A stretch of DNA of 64,000 nucleotides. Origin: Octopus bimaculoides. Taxonomy: Eukaryota. Every line of letters starts with the position of its first letter. Positions within the stretch are counted from its first letter, which is position 1. A model generated the notes under the pieces. That model saw nothing but the letters and a program-made list of their open reading frames with translations. It did no database searches and had not been told where the DNA came from. Where the stretch lies: positions 158,876,055-158,940,054 of the forward strand of contig NC_068981.1 in NCBI RefSeq assembly GCF_001194135.2, written 5' to 3'. This document shows positions 1-11,352 of this stretch, one piece after another. A program made the translations under genes and the position numbers.

Positions 1-1300
1 TTCACAAACAGAAAATTGTTATACCCGGTGGTTGATAAAATAATCTCTTTTTAATCACGATTCTTATGATACATAATAAAATTGTTTCTTACACTAAGTA
101 TTTTCTCTGATAAGAATTTTCTCTATTAATAATAAATAATGTAGTCATTTTATTTTAAAACTTTTTCAGATTATTTAATTATAATTCTCATCAAGTTTTA
201 ATTAACATTCTATTAATGTTCAATAGTGGAATAATTTTCAATAGGTATATCATTTAGATGGGTGCCGTAGTTATTAAGAGTAATACGAAAAGTAAATCCA
301 AAAGAATTATGGCGATCGCTGTATATATTAGGGTGTTTATTTTGTATTGTTAAGGATAGGAATGTTTAATCATGTCAGATCGTTTAGAATTTTGTTGTTC
401 GTTATATTGTTTAAAATAAGTGACAATGAGTAGAGGGAGAACTGACCGCGATTTCAAGCAGATCAAACGACCTCATACAGGTTCCATTGTAAGTAGACAA
501 AAATATTTTAACAACAGTAACAACCTATAAAATCATCAGCAGTAACAGCATAAAAATAATTATTAATTGCACCCATACATATCCTTCACGATAAACAAAC
601 TAACTGCAACACAAAGTACTTCCTTGTTTGCCAAATAAACTAACTTCTGTTTGACAAAATGAAAGCGGTACGTTATAATCAAAGATCGCCAGAATTTGTT
701 ATCAAGTGAGCATAACTTATCAGTTAAGTTGATCCAGTGCCCTTTGTCTGAGGAGAAATAAGAAGTGTCAAACTAATTTCTCTAGTAAAACTAAGTTCAT
801 GTGCTGCTATGTAGACCAACATTTTTTCTTTTCATTTTAATTGTAGTTATATATCCCAGAATTGAGACTTCGCTTCTTCATATCACAGCACAACTTTAAT
901 TCTTCATTCTAATCACATACTTGCTAAAGCAAACCTCCACCGGCCAATTAGAAACTGTTCCTTTTCTTTTTCCTTCTCTTTCAAACTGCAAAACTGAGTC
1001 TACGTTTCCCAACATGATTTAATTTTGAGGAAACATTGATAAACATTCCATATCCTTACATAAAATCCCTTCACATGGTAGATTGATTCTGCAAGTCACC
1101 ATAGAAGTCGAAATCGAGGGCTATAATTTTTTAAAAAAATTATCGAAAAGAACACATACAATTTTTTTTTTTAAAACAAGGAAAAAGTTAATGGAAACGG
1201 GGATAATAAATATGGTTACCGGTGCCCCAACTTGGCCGCAGCCAAATGACTGAAACGAGTAAAAGATAAGAGATAGTGAGTGTGTGTGTGTGTGTGCGTG

Positions 1301-1815
1301 ATTATTCAGTTTATTTCAAGATTTCTTGCAAATAGAGAAAGAGCCGGTTTCTAACCTAGATCGAAGGCTTCTTCATTGGAGTTTCAATATCAACAGGGTA
1401 TGTATGTATGCATGCCATTATTCAATTTTATTTCAAGATTTCTTGCCAATTGAGAAAGAGCTGGTTTCAAACCTAGATCCAAGGCTCCTTCATTGGAATT
1501 CCAACATCACCAACAGGATATGTATGTATGTATGTATGCGTGCAGATTTGTGTTTTGTTTTATTATGTTTTCTCATGCATACACTTGCATTTCTAGACAT
1601 ACTCATATATATTTAAATGATAAACTTCTGGAAAGTTTTACAGATTTTCTCAGTTCCAGTGATGGCTTGGATCTGTAGTCTTCGAATCAGCTTTCTCCTT
1701 TCTTGTTTTGAGAAGCCTACTTTCTCAAGATTGGTATTTAGGTAGTGTATTACCTATCCCAGTGTCCCAATAACTACAGGTATAAACCTGAACTTGTAAT
1801 CTGGATAGAGTAATT
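1301..1815 (-). mobile_element. 3' fragment of an R4/Dong-like (restriction-like endonuclease) non-LTR retrotransposon with a tandemly duplicated tail
   Basis: Minus-strand ELLRNLQLLYPDYKFRFIPVVIGTLG resembles the RLE C-terminal 'IP.VIGALG' region. The tail unit of about 116 bp occurs twice (1301-1416 and 1417-~1535). Flanks are (TG)n and (TATG)n. Confidence 0.6.
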
Positions 1816-1835
1816 GCAGATTTCTCAATAGTTCA

Positions 1836-1867
<32 letters not shown>

Positions 1868-1993
1868 GTCCAACAAAGCCACAGATGCAAAATATAAGTT
1901 AGTCTTAGAGCACACAATATTCCTGAAGGTCAGCAATGGTCTTCCTCGACCACAAGTGGACGGCCATCATGCATGTATGTATGTACGTACGAA

Positions 1994-3635
1994 CAGTATC
2001 CCACAGAAGTATGTACACCCCTAAATAATTTCAGTAAAATTGCTATTTCTCTGATAAAATCGAACGAAATTCATACTGAATAAAATATATTAAACATGCA
2101 AACATTATACAAATTTGGAACCACAAAACACTAAACATTTTCAAAGATATGAACGAAATATTAATTTTCAAACGATACAAAAATATGTACACCCTAAAGG
2201 ATTATTTACTATACTCAATATTTAGTGTGACCGCCCTTGCTTTCAATGACTGCATTATGTCTTCTGGACATAAAGTCGACTACATTTCTACATATAACCA
2301 ATGAAATCGACCTCTATTCATCCTGAATGATGTCTTTCAACTGTGTTACATTGCGGGGTTTTTTTCTCCTCGACCTTCCTTTTCAAAACACCCAACAGAT
2401 GCTCTATTGGGTTTAAATCAGGTGACATGGTAGGCCAAGGCGATACCTTTACCTTTTTATCTGATAAAGACTTAGTCGTCATCTTTGAAGTGTGTTTAGT
2501 GTCATTGTCCTGTTGGAATGTCTTCCTAATTCCATGATGCTTTTCAACATTGTTTTCTGCAATATGTCACAATAAAGCTTTGAATCTATTGTTCTCTCAA
2601 TAAATGTGAGTCCTCCCACACCAACCACACACATACATCCCTAAAGCATAACACTTTCGCCGTCGGGTTTCACGGAAGGCATGGTGCATTTGTCGCTATT
2701 ATCTTCACCTGGTCGTCGCCATACTCGTTTAATACCATCTGACACAAACAAGTTGATTTTAGTCTCGTCAGAAAGAAAAAAACAAACAATTTTATTCCCA
2801 AACTCCTTCCCCTTACTCACATAGGTTTCTACAAAAGAAAGACGACTTGATTTATGCCTGGTAGGGAGGAGAGGCTTCCCACGAGGAATGCGTCCATGAA
2901 GACCACACTGGTTCAAACTTCGGCGAACTGTTTGGGTGGATGCACTCTTTCTACCAACAGAGGACACTTCTTGGGCTAAAAATGAAGCGGCACGACGCCT
3001 GTCGTCCATCACGGAACGTTGGATGTGGCGAATATCACGCGTAGTTAAAATAGGACGACCTTTATTGCTTAGCCGTCTAGTAGCTTTGTACTTCTGAATT
3101 ACTTTGGTAACTGTGTTTACGCTAATATGTATTCGTTTGCTAATTAACTTGTATCCTAAACCATTCTTTGCAAATTAAAAATAATTTTATTTCAAATCTT
3201 CAGACAATTCTTTTCCGTTTTGTGCCATTTTAATCACAAATGAAGATTTTCACCACGATACACAAAAATCAGAATTCCTGCAGATAATATAACAATGACC
3301 ATTGCGAAAATTCCAGAAATAATTTATTAGAATTGAAATTGTTAGCAATATCTGAATTTAGTAAAAAAAAAATTTTTTTAAAGTGGACACAATATTGAAT
3401 ATAGCAAATTTCCTTTAGGGTGTACATATTTTTGTAACGTTTGAAAATTAATATTTCGTTCATATCTTTGAAAATGTCTATTGTTTCGTGTTCCAAATTT
3501 GAATAATGTTCGCATGTATAATGTTTTTTTTTTTTTTTTTCAGTATAAATTTCGTTTGATTTCCTTCGATGTTATCAGAGTAATGGCAATTTTACTGAAA
3601 ATTTTTAGGGGTATACATACTTCTGTGAGATACTG
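1994..3635 (-). mobile_element. Tc1-family DNA transposon, IR/DR type, near full length, inactivated
   Basis: Long TIRs at 1994-~2228 and ~3387-3635 start CAGTATCCCACAGAAGT and end ACTTCTGTGAGATACTG, followed by TA. Each TIR has two internal direct repeats (TATGTACACCC). The transposase remnant lies between them. Confidence 0.93.
2215..3228 (-). pseudogene. Tc1 DD34E transposase pseudogene
   Basis: It starts MAQNGKELSEDLK and includes GLHGRIPRGKPLL, SDETKINLF, VWRRPG, FQQDNDTKH, WPTMSPDLNPIEHLW and a GHTKY* type end. It has several stops and frameshifts. Confidence 0.92.
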
Positions 3636-3912
3636 TATGTATGTATGATAACAAAGGCAGCTTGACGCCATATAAAACCAAAAAGGAAAATTCCAGTTGT
3701 CACTAATAGTGACAGAGTGCTGGGTAGCACCTATATTACTAGAAACAAAAGTCAANNNNNNNNNNTATACACACGACAGGGTTCTTACAGTTTCCGTATA
3801 CTAAATCCATTCACAACATTGGTCGGCCCGAGGCTATTGTAGAAAACACTTGCCCAAGGTGCCTCACAGTAGGACTGAACCCGGAACCATATGATTGAGA
3901 AGCAAGCTTCTT

Positions 3913-5292
3913 TATTTCTTTTAAATTGCCATAAGGCATTACACAGAGGGGGACACCACAACACATGTGGGGATATATAACAATTAAAAATATAAAAATA
4001 AAATATGATATAATGAATGACACATGAAAAACAAATTAAAATATGCTAACATGAATGATATCTGAAAATGATATTATGAAGAGTGTGCTACTTACCCCAC
4101 ACTGAATAACACCACTCGCTGCCTCTGGGTCCTATGTCCTTTTTCTCCTTCAGTCCAATCCTTTTTCCCCTTTCTCCATTACTTAGTGACATCATTCGTA
4201 ACCTTTTTCACCGGGAGAGGCTCTAAATTTTGTGGTGTCTGTTCTTTTTCTTGTAGGGAAACGGGGTGGGTGGGTTTGGTGTCTGTATGGGGAGGGTGGG
4301 TCTGAGTGGTCTTGGGTGGAATGGAGTTGGACTGGGGTACCATATCATACTCAGTTTTTTTCTTTTTTTTTTCTCTTTCTCCTGCTCTCTGTAACTTTTC
4401 ATTCTTCCTCCTTTTCCTCCATCTGTCTTTTCTTCCTCTTTTTCTCTTCCGTCTCCACAACTGTTTTCTCAGCCATTGTCCTCTGTAGAGAGCAGTATGC
4501 TCTAATGTGGCCCTTTTGGCCACATTTAAAACAACGTGGTACTCTGCCCTCTACCCACACCCTCAACACGATTTCCCCCAAAGTCACCGTCACTGCCAAG
4601 TGCTCCAGTTGACCCTCCTCCGTCTGAATAATGAGTTCAAGTGACTTTCCTTTCCACCCTCCTTCCGTTTCTGTGGCTTGGAGGACAGCCACCTTCTTCT
4701 CGCTTCCAACAAGGATGGCTGCCGCTACCCAAGTCACTTCTATATCCGGTGGAATTGCTTCTACCCTCACCTTGGAAGTCTTTCTTCTCAGGTATGTGAG
4801 CAGAAGCACTACTTCCTCTATTTTCACCGCCACACACGCCAGCTTCCTCTACTGTCCTAAATTGGACGACCATTGTCCCATATCTTCTTCCTTTGGTTAT
4901 TTACGTTATCTCCTTTGTTTGTTCCCTCAGCGCCTTTTCCACGTCTGCCTCCACCTGCTCTGCTTTTTTTTCCTTTCAACGAGTACACCTTCCTCTCCAT
5001 AATTCCTTTGGGGGGCGACAACTTCACGTCGCCGCCCACCTTCTGAGCTATCTTCTTGTACTCCTTCAGACCAGCCAAGTCCAGTTCCCTTCGCTTCACC
5101 TCCATGGCTTCAACAAAACTCCTTTTTTTTTCAACTTTCCGTCCATCTTTATGACCGCCCTAACCAGCTCCTCCTCTTCCGATGATAACTCAGACCCGTC
5201 AAGGTCTGAGTACATCTTCTAAGCAACACAAAAAACCACGTCCGACTCTTACAAAATCCAGACAGCAAATAACCCGACACACGCGCAGAAGG
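3913..5292 (-). mobile_element. ORF1-only L1/Tx1-like non-autonomous retroelement (about 1.38 kb)
   Basis: A frameshifted ORF1 starts near 5214 (MYSDLDGSELSSEEEEL...) and carries a CCHC zinc knuckle CFKCGQKGHIRAYC. It is followed directly by a ~270-bp 3' UTR ending ...GGCAATTTAAAAGAAATA. No endonuclease or RT sequence is present. Confidence 0.72.
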
Positions 5293-5301
5293 AAGCTTCT
5301 T

Positions 5302-5424
5302 TATTTCATGAAATTTGCCACAAGGGCAGTACAAAGATAGAAGCAATGCGGGCTAGACACAAATGAGATGAAATAACAAAATATGATATTGATGAGAGGA
5401 GCAACGACGCCTGCCGATCAATTT
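5302..5424 (-). mobile_element. 5'-truncated 3' end of a related non-LTR element
   Basis: It ends ...CCCTTGTGGCAAATTTCATGAAATA + AAGAAGCTT, similar to the tail of the adjacent element. Confidence 0.55.
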
Positions 5425-5458
5425 CAAGCTTCTTACTACACAGCCATGCCAGCGTGTA

Positions 5459-6775
5459 CAAGGTGCATTTCAGAAGTTTTAAGACATTTATTAATTTTAA
5501 AGAGGTACTAGACTCTAATCTGCTTCAATGTAGAATCTTCTGACTTCAATGTACTTGTAGCGTTCCAGTCACTTCATGAGGGCCTCATGGAATTTCTCCA
5601 AAATTATGAGTTCCAGGGCGCTTGTCACAGTCTTCTTCATCTTGGGGAACAACCAAAAATCACAGGGAGTAAGGTCTGTACTGTGGGAAAGATGAGGGAC
5701 AGTTTTGTTTCCCATCTCTGTCAAGTTGTTTACTAGGATGGAATTCTGGATTGGTGCATTGTCCTGGTGCAGGAGCTCTGGTCTTTTGCGACCAAATCTT
5801 TTTTCTAACCCCCTCAAAACCTTCACAAATTACTCTTTGTTGACTGTTTGACCAAAGGGAAGCCAATAAATGTAGATGATGCTGTCGCTGGTTATTTTCA
5901 CTGTCATTTGAGTCGCGGATAATGTATCATTGCTGGCCCTTTCTTTGTCGGAGGAAAGCTGCGTGTAGAATAACTGAAGTAACAAACGGGCATTTTACTT
6001 TTATCCATTAATGCTAGACATAAAGATATTAGGTGTTAGCTATTTACAATGAGCAATATTTATAATTGTTGAATAGAGGAAAACCACCTCGTGTTCGTAG
6101 AAGTTACTTATGAAACATTGTGTGAATGTTTAGAATGGGTCTGTCAGAAGACCTGGAGTTGTTTGCGCAAAAGTCTGGAACTATCTTCATGGCAGGAGTG
6201 CAAGTTAGTCAGCTACCTTCAATACTCTGCGATTAAATGAGCGCAAAAAACGGTTTTTATAGGGGACAATCAAGGAAGTCGAGAAAGCCATATTATGCCA
6301 CAGCTTCACGCTGATTGGTCGATTTATAGACCGATCACTTGAAACTAAGATGGTTCACGCGTAGTTCTGAATGTGTATTTAGCGGTTAGATTTCGAATCA
6401 CAGCTACAATGCCCTTGCTGTTGAAAAGCTTTCCGGTGGACTTGTTTTGCCTGTCCTCTCGTGCCAGCGAAAAACACATGCTCGGCTCATACAAGTTAAT
6501 CCATAAGCAGTCTGGAGCATTTCATAAGTTTCTGTAGCGTTTTTGCTCAGTTTAACACAAAACCTTATTGTATAGCGAGCTTCCACATATTCTTCACGTC
6601 CCGACTGCATTCTGCAAACTAGTCAGCTGTGACAAGCTATGTTCAGTAGGATGTGTTTAAAGTGCTGTTCCGGCCACATCTTTCCATCTCGAATAACTAA
6701 AGTTGGCAGGTCAGCTTACTAGATGCTTACTAATGATATACTAAAATTACAATAATCTAGGACTGTTATAACTCT
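5459..6775 (-). mobile_element. Mariner-like transposon remnant with an internal non-homologous segment (~5960-6400)
   Basis: TA then CAAGGTGCATTTCAGAAG terminus. C-terminal LLHQDNAP...HSTDLTPCDFWLFPKMK and N-terminal EARYTIRFCVKLSKNATETYEML..AYG..CMSRACVFRWH are present. The 5' UTR matches the copy at 24414-24640. Confidence 0.85.
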
Positions 6776-7058
6776 CTCTCTCATATATGTGTGTGTGTGT
6801 GTGTGTGTGTGTAGCGGGGTCTTTGTGTTTGTTCCCCACCGCTTGATTACTACGATAACCGGTGTTGGTTTGTGTACCTCCCCTATAACTCAGCGACTCG
6901 GCAGTACTGGAGTCCAATAACATCCTCCCTTGTGCCTACATTAGAAACAATATTATAACAACAATGGTCTCTATAATGACGACCTCAATATGCTTAACGC
7001 TACATGTTCCTTACCCGAGACTTGTCCCAAGCACTTTTTATTATATTGATACAGTTTA

Positions 7059-9120
7059 AGGCAGCGAGCTGCCAGAATCGCTAGCACGCCGGGCAAAATG
7101 CTTTCAGGTATTTTGTCCGTCTCCACGTTCTGAGTTCAAATTCCGCCGAGATCAATTTTGCCTTTCATCCTTTCGGGGTCGATGAAATAAGTACCAGTCG
7201 AGTTCTGAGGTCGATGTAATCGACTTACTCACTCCCCCAAAATTTCAGGCTTGTGTCTATAGTACAAAGGATTATATTAATATATTTTATGTAAATCAGA
7301 AATCATTATATTTGCTTTATGTGAGGCAGTGAGCTGGCAGAATCGTTAGCACATCAGACAAAATGTTTAGCGGCATTTCTTCCGGTTCTTTACATTCTAA
7401 GATCAAACCACGCTGAGATCAACTTTTATCCTTTTGGGGTCGATAAAATAAAGTACCAGTCAAATATTGGAGACGATGTAACGAACTTACCCCTTCCCAA
7501 AATTAGAAAAAATTATGTTTGCTTTATGTAGAGTGGGTAATTACCAGTCTTTAGAGAAACATTGTATAAAATTCCTAGTGGTATTTTTTCCGAATCTTTG
7601 TGCTGTGAGTTCAAATCCTGTCATGGTCAATTTTGTCTTTCATCCTTTTGGAGGTCGATAAAAAAAGGTACTGATCCAGGGAGGTGTATTGGCGGAATCG
7701 CTATGGTGGATGGGGCTAAGATTAAACCGGCATCTTATTTGGCTCTTTGCATTCTGACAGCAACGCCTGGGACGATAATGGTGACAAGCTGTCGATCCAA
7801 GCCTTTCACTTTGGATAAACATAGGTGGTATAGAGAGTTGCATGCTCGGTAACTGCCAGTCTTATTTAAAAAATCTTGTCCAGGCCTGAGTAGATGCACA
7901 GTGAACTTTCACCGACGTAGGCCCTACATCGAGATGTATTTTTAAATTAGTATAATATCAGTCTGAAACTGATAATTACGATGTAATCTATGTATGCTAT
8001 GGGTAAGGTTTAAATGTTTTATAATACTTGAGTTCTGATAGTTTTTAAGTTTGTGCTTAGAAAAAAAAAGTCTTTATACTTATCATATACAATAAAGGGC
8101 AATGGTACAGTACAATTGTTTTATGTTACCTTAGACTTAATGTTTTCATTAAAAAAAAATTGTAAGTTAAATTAGCAAAATATCTACAATAAGCTTCAAC
8201 TTTTGACTGAGATATGATAATCAATGCATGTCGGACAAAAGGATTAACAACACTTCCGGCTCTTTACATTCTGAGTTCAAATTCTATCGAAGTCGACTTT
8301 GCTTTTCATCCTTGCAGAATCGATAAAATAAGTAACAATTGAATAATTGACTATCCCCTCCCACAAAATGCCAGGTCTTGTACCTATAGTAGAAAAAAAA
8401 AATATCATGGAATATATGAAAGCATATAGCCTAACGGTTAGGTCGTGGTTTCGAATCTCAGGCCCGGTAGAAAGTTGTGTCCTTGCACAATGTACTTCAT
8501 TTTATGTTGCTCTAGTAAGCACAGTTGAGTTGCGTCTACCGGAGAGTGGCACCTCGCATTAAATATTGAAAACGCAAGATGTCATCGGTCATGGATAATG
8601 AACTGATAAATTACATTAGTACAAAATATTTCACTCTAGATTATCCTACTACAAGAAGTGTCCGATGATTTTAAATTCCACCATCTCTCATTAGCAAAGT
8701 TGCGATGGACGCCTCTGCACGCATACTTGCATACATATATAAAGTACAGTGTAGTGGTTTTCAGATTTCAAAATATCAGTCCTTTTCCAAATATTAATGA
8801 GAAGTTTTGCATCTCTTTAATAAATAGAAAACAAATTAGAGTTTGCATCTATATAGTTCTACTTTCTGTGCCATGGTGTGGGACTAATTTAGAAAGCTTA
8901 AAACCAAGCTCTGAGCTGGCAGAATTGTTAGCGCATCGGGGAAAATATTTAGCGGCATTTCTTCCGGTTCATTACATTCTAAGTTCAAATTTCGTCACGG
9001 ACAATTTTGCCTTTCGTAATTTCAGGGTCGATAAAGTAAATTATCAGTTAAATACTGGAATCAGTATAATCGACTAACTTCCTCCCACTAAAATTGCTGA
9101 CTTAGTACCAAATTTTGAAA
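7059..9120 (+). mobile_element. Cluster of five same-strand copies of SINE family A (7059, 7324, ~7562, ~8240, ~8910)
   Basis: Repeated GAGCTGGCAGAATCGTTAGCAC...TTCTGAGTTCAAATT...GGTCGATAAAATAAGTACCAG...TAATCGACT. Confidence 0.85.
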
Positions 9121-10836
9121 CTATTGTTAAACGTGTCAATTTCAATATACAGATTATTTAGATATGGTACATGTCTTCGTTAAATCTTCTGGCAAGAGAT
9201 TTTGTTTTCCGGAAAAATACATAACATTAATAATTCTGTCAACAAATAGAATTATGACACAGGTGAGTCAATATCACAATGCTGCAATATTTCCCAGGTT
9301 AGACAAATTCCATCGAAGTAACAAGATTCAGTGCCTCGCGACCAAAAAGGTGAGCATCTGTTCACACTCGGGATGTCAGTGATAAAATATTTTCTCGGAA
9401 GTAAATCTCTTCAGGGGAACACTGTATAAAGTACCCTGTTCTTGACGCCGACGATGTCATTTCTGATACCAGCCTTGCATATGTCGAAATTCTGAAGTTG
9501 AGAAATGGTTTAACACATCTGACAATTCCAGAAATAATGATACATCTCACTGGCTTCAGCAATGCACAATGGGATACCCAGCCTTGATAACTTGGCTATC
9601 GATGTATTTCTTCCATTCCTCGGTCTTTATGTGTGAAATTGGGTTCTTGACAATGTACCTCTTCAAATCCAAGCTCAGGAAGGACTTCTCTCACGTTGTA
9701 TGTAGTACTTCATATTCAGAAAGACAGGGTGAAGTCTGGAATGGCTTTGACCACAAGTTTGCTCAAACAGGACTGATATGAACCTAAACACTTGCTCATG
9801 TGACTGGGCTACCCAGTCGCGACTATATCACGCAGAGACTACGGTGACCACAGTTATCAAAATAGGTACGATGACTAAGTATAGTAACTTCTCTACGCAA
9901 AGAAAAAAAAAAGAGAGTTATAGCTATAGGTACGTTTTCATTTTAAACACTATCTATTCGCTTATGTAGACTACTTGCAATAGTAATCGATAAGACATCG
10001 CTAAGTGACGCCTTATCGATTGTTGTTTATGTTAGCAACAATCTAGAAGCGGAAATGAGGCTAAAGTAACGATTATGTTAGGGCAAGAGTTTTAGCTCCT
10101 TAGTTCTTTACACTCAAAGGAACCAGGCCCACTTAGGCCATGACGTCTAGGTGTCCTCCAACTGTTTTTGAAAAGCTTTTTGTAGGGACTGAACTCAGAA
10201 CCTTTGAGTGATCTTATTTTCCTAGTGTGCATTGCCAGGAAGACCACCGCAAGAACTTGCAATGTGGATCTATTTCATATTGTTGTAAAGTGGGCCACAT
10301 CGTGATTTGGTTGCATTATATTTTACTGGGCGAGTGAAAATTGATTTGATCTCCAGCCAATTAGAGGGTCATTAATTTCACCAACAAATAATCGTTAGTA
10401 TTTCTGTATTTAATCCTTGCATTCCTAACCAGAGAAACCAACTTCCACTTCTCAGATAGTCTGTACAGATTATACGCGCGTGCTGTGATGACAATTTAAT
10501 GAGTCATCAATTTATGTGTCCCTTACTTGAAAAGTAGCTGAAAAGTGAAACTGGTTCATGCTCCCTCACTATTCAATGGTGCATCCTTGGATTTACTCCA
10601 CTTTAGCATTATTACAAATTAGAATATTCTGGAACACCTCCTAGCTCTAAACTCTGGCGACAGGCCTAAGTCGGTTTCTGTTGGTGGAAACACTAGAAAA
10701 TACGATGCAACCAAATCATGGTGTTTCTCGTTATAACATTATGAATAAAATATGAAGCCATACTGGTGATGGAACATCGACCATAATAAAACACAGAAGC
10801 TGCGTTATGTTTCATCGTATTTTTAAAGTTATTGTT

Positions 10837-11352
10837 GTTGTTGGCACTCCGTCGCTTACGACGTCGAGTGTTTCAGTTGATCCGATCACCGGAACAGCCT
10901 GCTCGTGAAATTAACGTGTAAGTAGCTGAGCAATCCACAGACACGTGTACTCTTAACGTAGTTCTCGGGGATATTCAGTGTGACACAGTGTGACAAGGCT
11001 GACCCTTTGAATTACAGGCACAACAGAAACAGGAAGTAAGAGTGAGAGAAAGTTGTGGTGGAAGAGTACAGCAGGGTTCGCCACCATCGCCTGCCGGAGC
11101 CTCGTGGAGCTTTAGATGTTTTCNNNNNNNNNNTGACAAGGCTGACCCTTTGAATTACAGGCACAACAGAAACAGGAAGTAAGAGTGAGAGAAAGTTGTG
11201 GTGGAAGAGTACAGCAGGGTTCGCCACCATCGCCTGCCGGAGCCTCGTGGAGCTTTAGATGTTTTCGCTCAATAAACACTGACAACGCCCGGTCTGGGAA
11301 TCGAAACCGCTTGTCCGCTGCCCTAACACTGGGCCATTGCGCCTTCACTTTA
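10837..11352 (-). mobile_element. tRNA-derived SINE with (ACA)n tail; contains a gap-associated internal duplication
   Basis: Minus-strand head GGCGCAATGGCCCAGTGTTAGGGCAG...GGTTTCGATTCCCAGACC has A-box and B-box like motifs. The tail is (CAA)n at ~10830. Confidence 0.8.

Larger units (their letters stand above)
3770..5450 (-). mobile_element. tRNA-head SINE split at 3912/5425 by retroelement insertions
   Basis: The head GGCATGGCTGTGTAGTAAGAAGCTTG is at 5450-5425. The body continues CTTCTCAATCATATGGTTCCGGGTTCAGTCC from 3902 downward. A 10-bp duplication CAAGCTTCTT sits at 3903-3912 and 5425-5434. Confidence 0.85.

Noticed and set aside
640-1015. Possible minus-strand exons (MLGNVDSVLQFEREGKRKG... 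and KGHWINLTDKLCSLDNKFW...)
   Set aside because: Splice-like sites exist, but the ATG frame reaches a stop after joining, no protein family is recognisable, and the alternative framings are arbitrary.
7562-7852. 96-aa ORF
   Set aside because: The first half is a SINE translation and the remainder has no recognisable motif.
10991-11266. Perfect 133-bp tandem duplication inside a SINE
   Set aside because: The two identical copies flank a 10-N gap, the signature of an unmerged contig overlap.
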